From Ruminococcus sp. (lineage in GTDB: Bacteria; Bacillota; Clostridia; Oscillospirales; Ruminococcaceae), in NCBI GenBank assembly GCA_014799735.1, contig JAAVHL010000010.1, positions 1 through 37,499 on the forward strand: a stretch of 37,499 bases of DNA, written 5' to 3'. Every line of letters begins with the position of its first letter. The stretch's first letter is position 1. Under the pieces are notes generated by a model, which saw only the letters and a list, made by a program, of their open reading frames with translations, was not told where the DNA came from and did no database searches. This document shows positions 37,259-37,499 of this stretch, in pieces. Both the position numbers and the translations under genes were made by a program.

Positions 37259-37499
37259 ACTTTGCAGAAGCCTTTCCGAGCCTTGCGCCCAGCTTCACAA
37301 ACAGCGACGACAGCTTTTTCATTCTGGGAATGACCGTCTCGATCAGACCGCAGTATTTATCCACAAGAACAATGACCAGTGTCTCGCGGTACTTTGGCAG
37401 AGCGGTTATGTTAAGGGGAAACATATGCTTTTCGATCATATCGCTCTCCAGATCGGAAACGTAAAAGTGTTCTCTGACGTTTTTCAAAGCGGTTTTTGC
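37257..37499 (-). CDS. HD-domain phosphohydrolase-like protein, C-terminal part (5' end outside window)
   Basis: The frame is open to the window edge. It reads ...KNVREHFYVSDLESDMIEKHMFPLNITALPKYRETLVIVLVDKYCGLIETV, which resembles the C-terminal region of clostridial HD-superfamily hydrolases. The TTG start in the track is an edge artefact. Confidence 0.5.
   Translation of the reverse strand, partial: AKTALKNVREHFYVSDLESDMIEKHMFPLNITALPKYRETLVIVLVDKYCGLIETVIPRMKKLSSLFVKLGARLGKASAK

Overview
This is a 37.5-kb chromosomal window that looks like it comes from an anaerobic, spore-forming Firmicute. That placement is inferred from gene content only: sigK, an FeFe-hydrogenase system regulator and a reverse rubrerythrin. 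The main feature is that the sporulation sigma factor gene sigK is split. A 5' segment (17502..17850) and a 3' segment (31789..32216) are separated by a 13,938-bp skin-like intervening element (17851..31788), and both junctions share the core AAATG. The element carries a SpoIVCA-like large serine recombinase at its right edge (30089..31789), whose stop codon is built from the junction. It has no prophage genes. Instead it carries a tight nine-gene minus-strand operon with its own sigma-A-type promoter. The operon encodes a GtrA-like flippase, a GtrB-like polyprenyl-phosphate GT2, a polytopic GT-C-like membrane protein, rfbF-rfbG-rfbH (the CDP-4-keto-3,6-dideoxyhexose route), a DRE-TIM aldolase-like protein, an acetolactate-synthase-like ThDP enzyme and an SDR reductase. 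I infer that it makes a yersiniose-like branched dideoxy sugar that is delivered through a lipid-linked, three-component glycosylation route. An AT-rich stretch upstream of the recombinase holds small ORFs that are candidate directionality factors, and a promoter embedded in an 11-bp inverted repeat. The flanks hold ordinary genes: an Hpt protein plus a response regulator with an HD-GYP domain, a sugar ABC importer (binding protein and two permeases), rnhA, glyQS without a T-box leader, a block of hypothetical membrane proteins, a GH29-GH2-GH5 operon, a ClpC-like ATPase, the reverse rubrerythrin, a DUF1284 protein, bioY with a BirA-type operator, and partial genes at both window edges. Other points worth a look are a 43-aa cysteine-rich ORF next to sigK and a roughly 65-nt hairpin-containing intergenic repeat present twice. 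I found no rRNA, tRNA or CRISPR array. All family assignments come from reading motifs by eye, and no database search was run.
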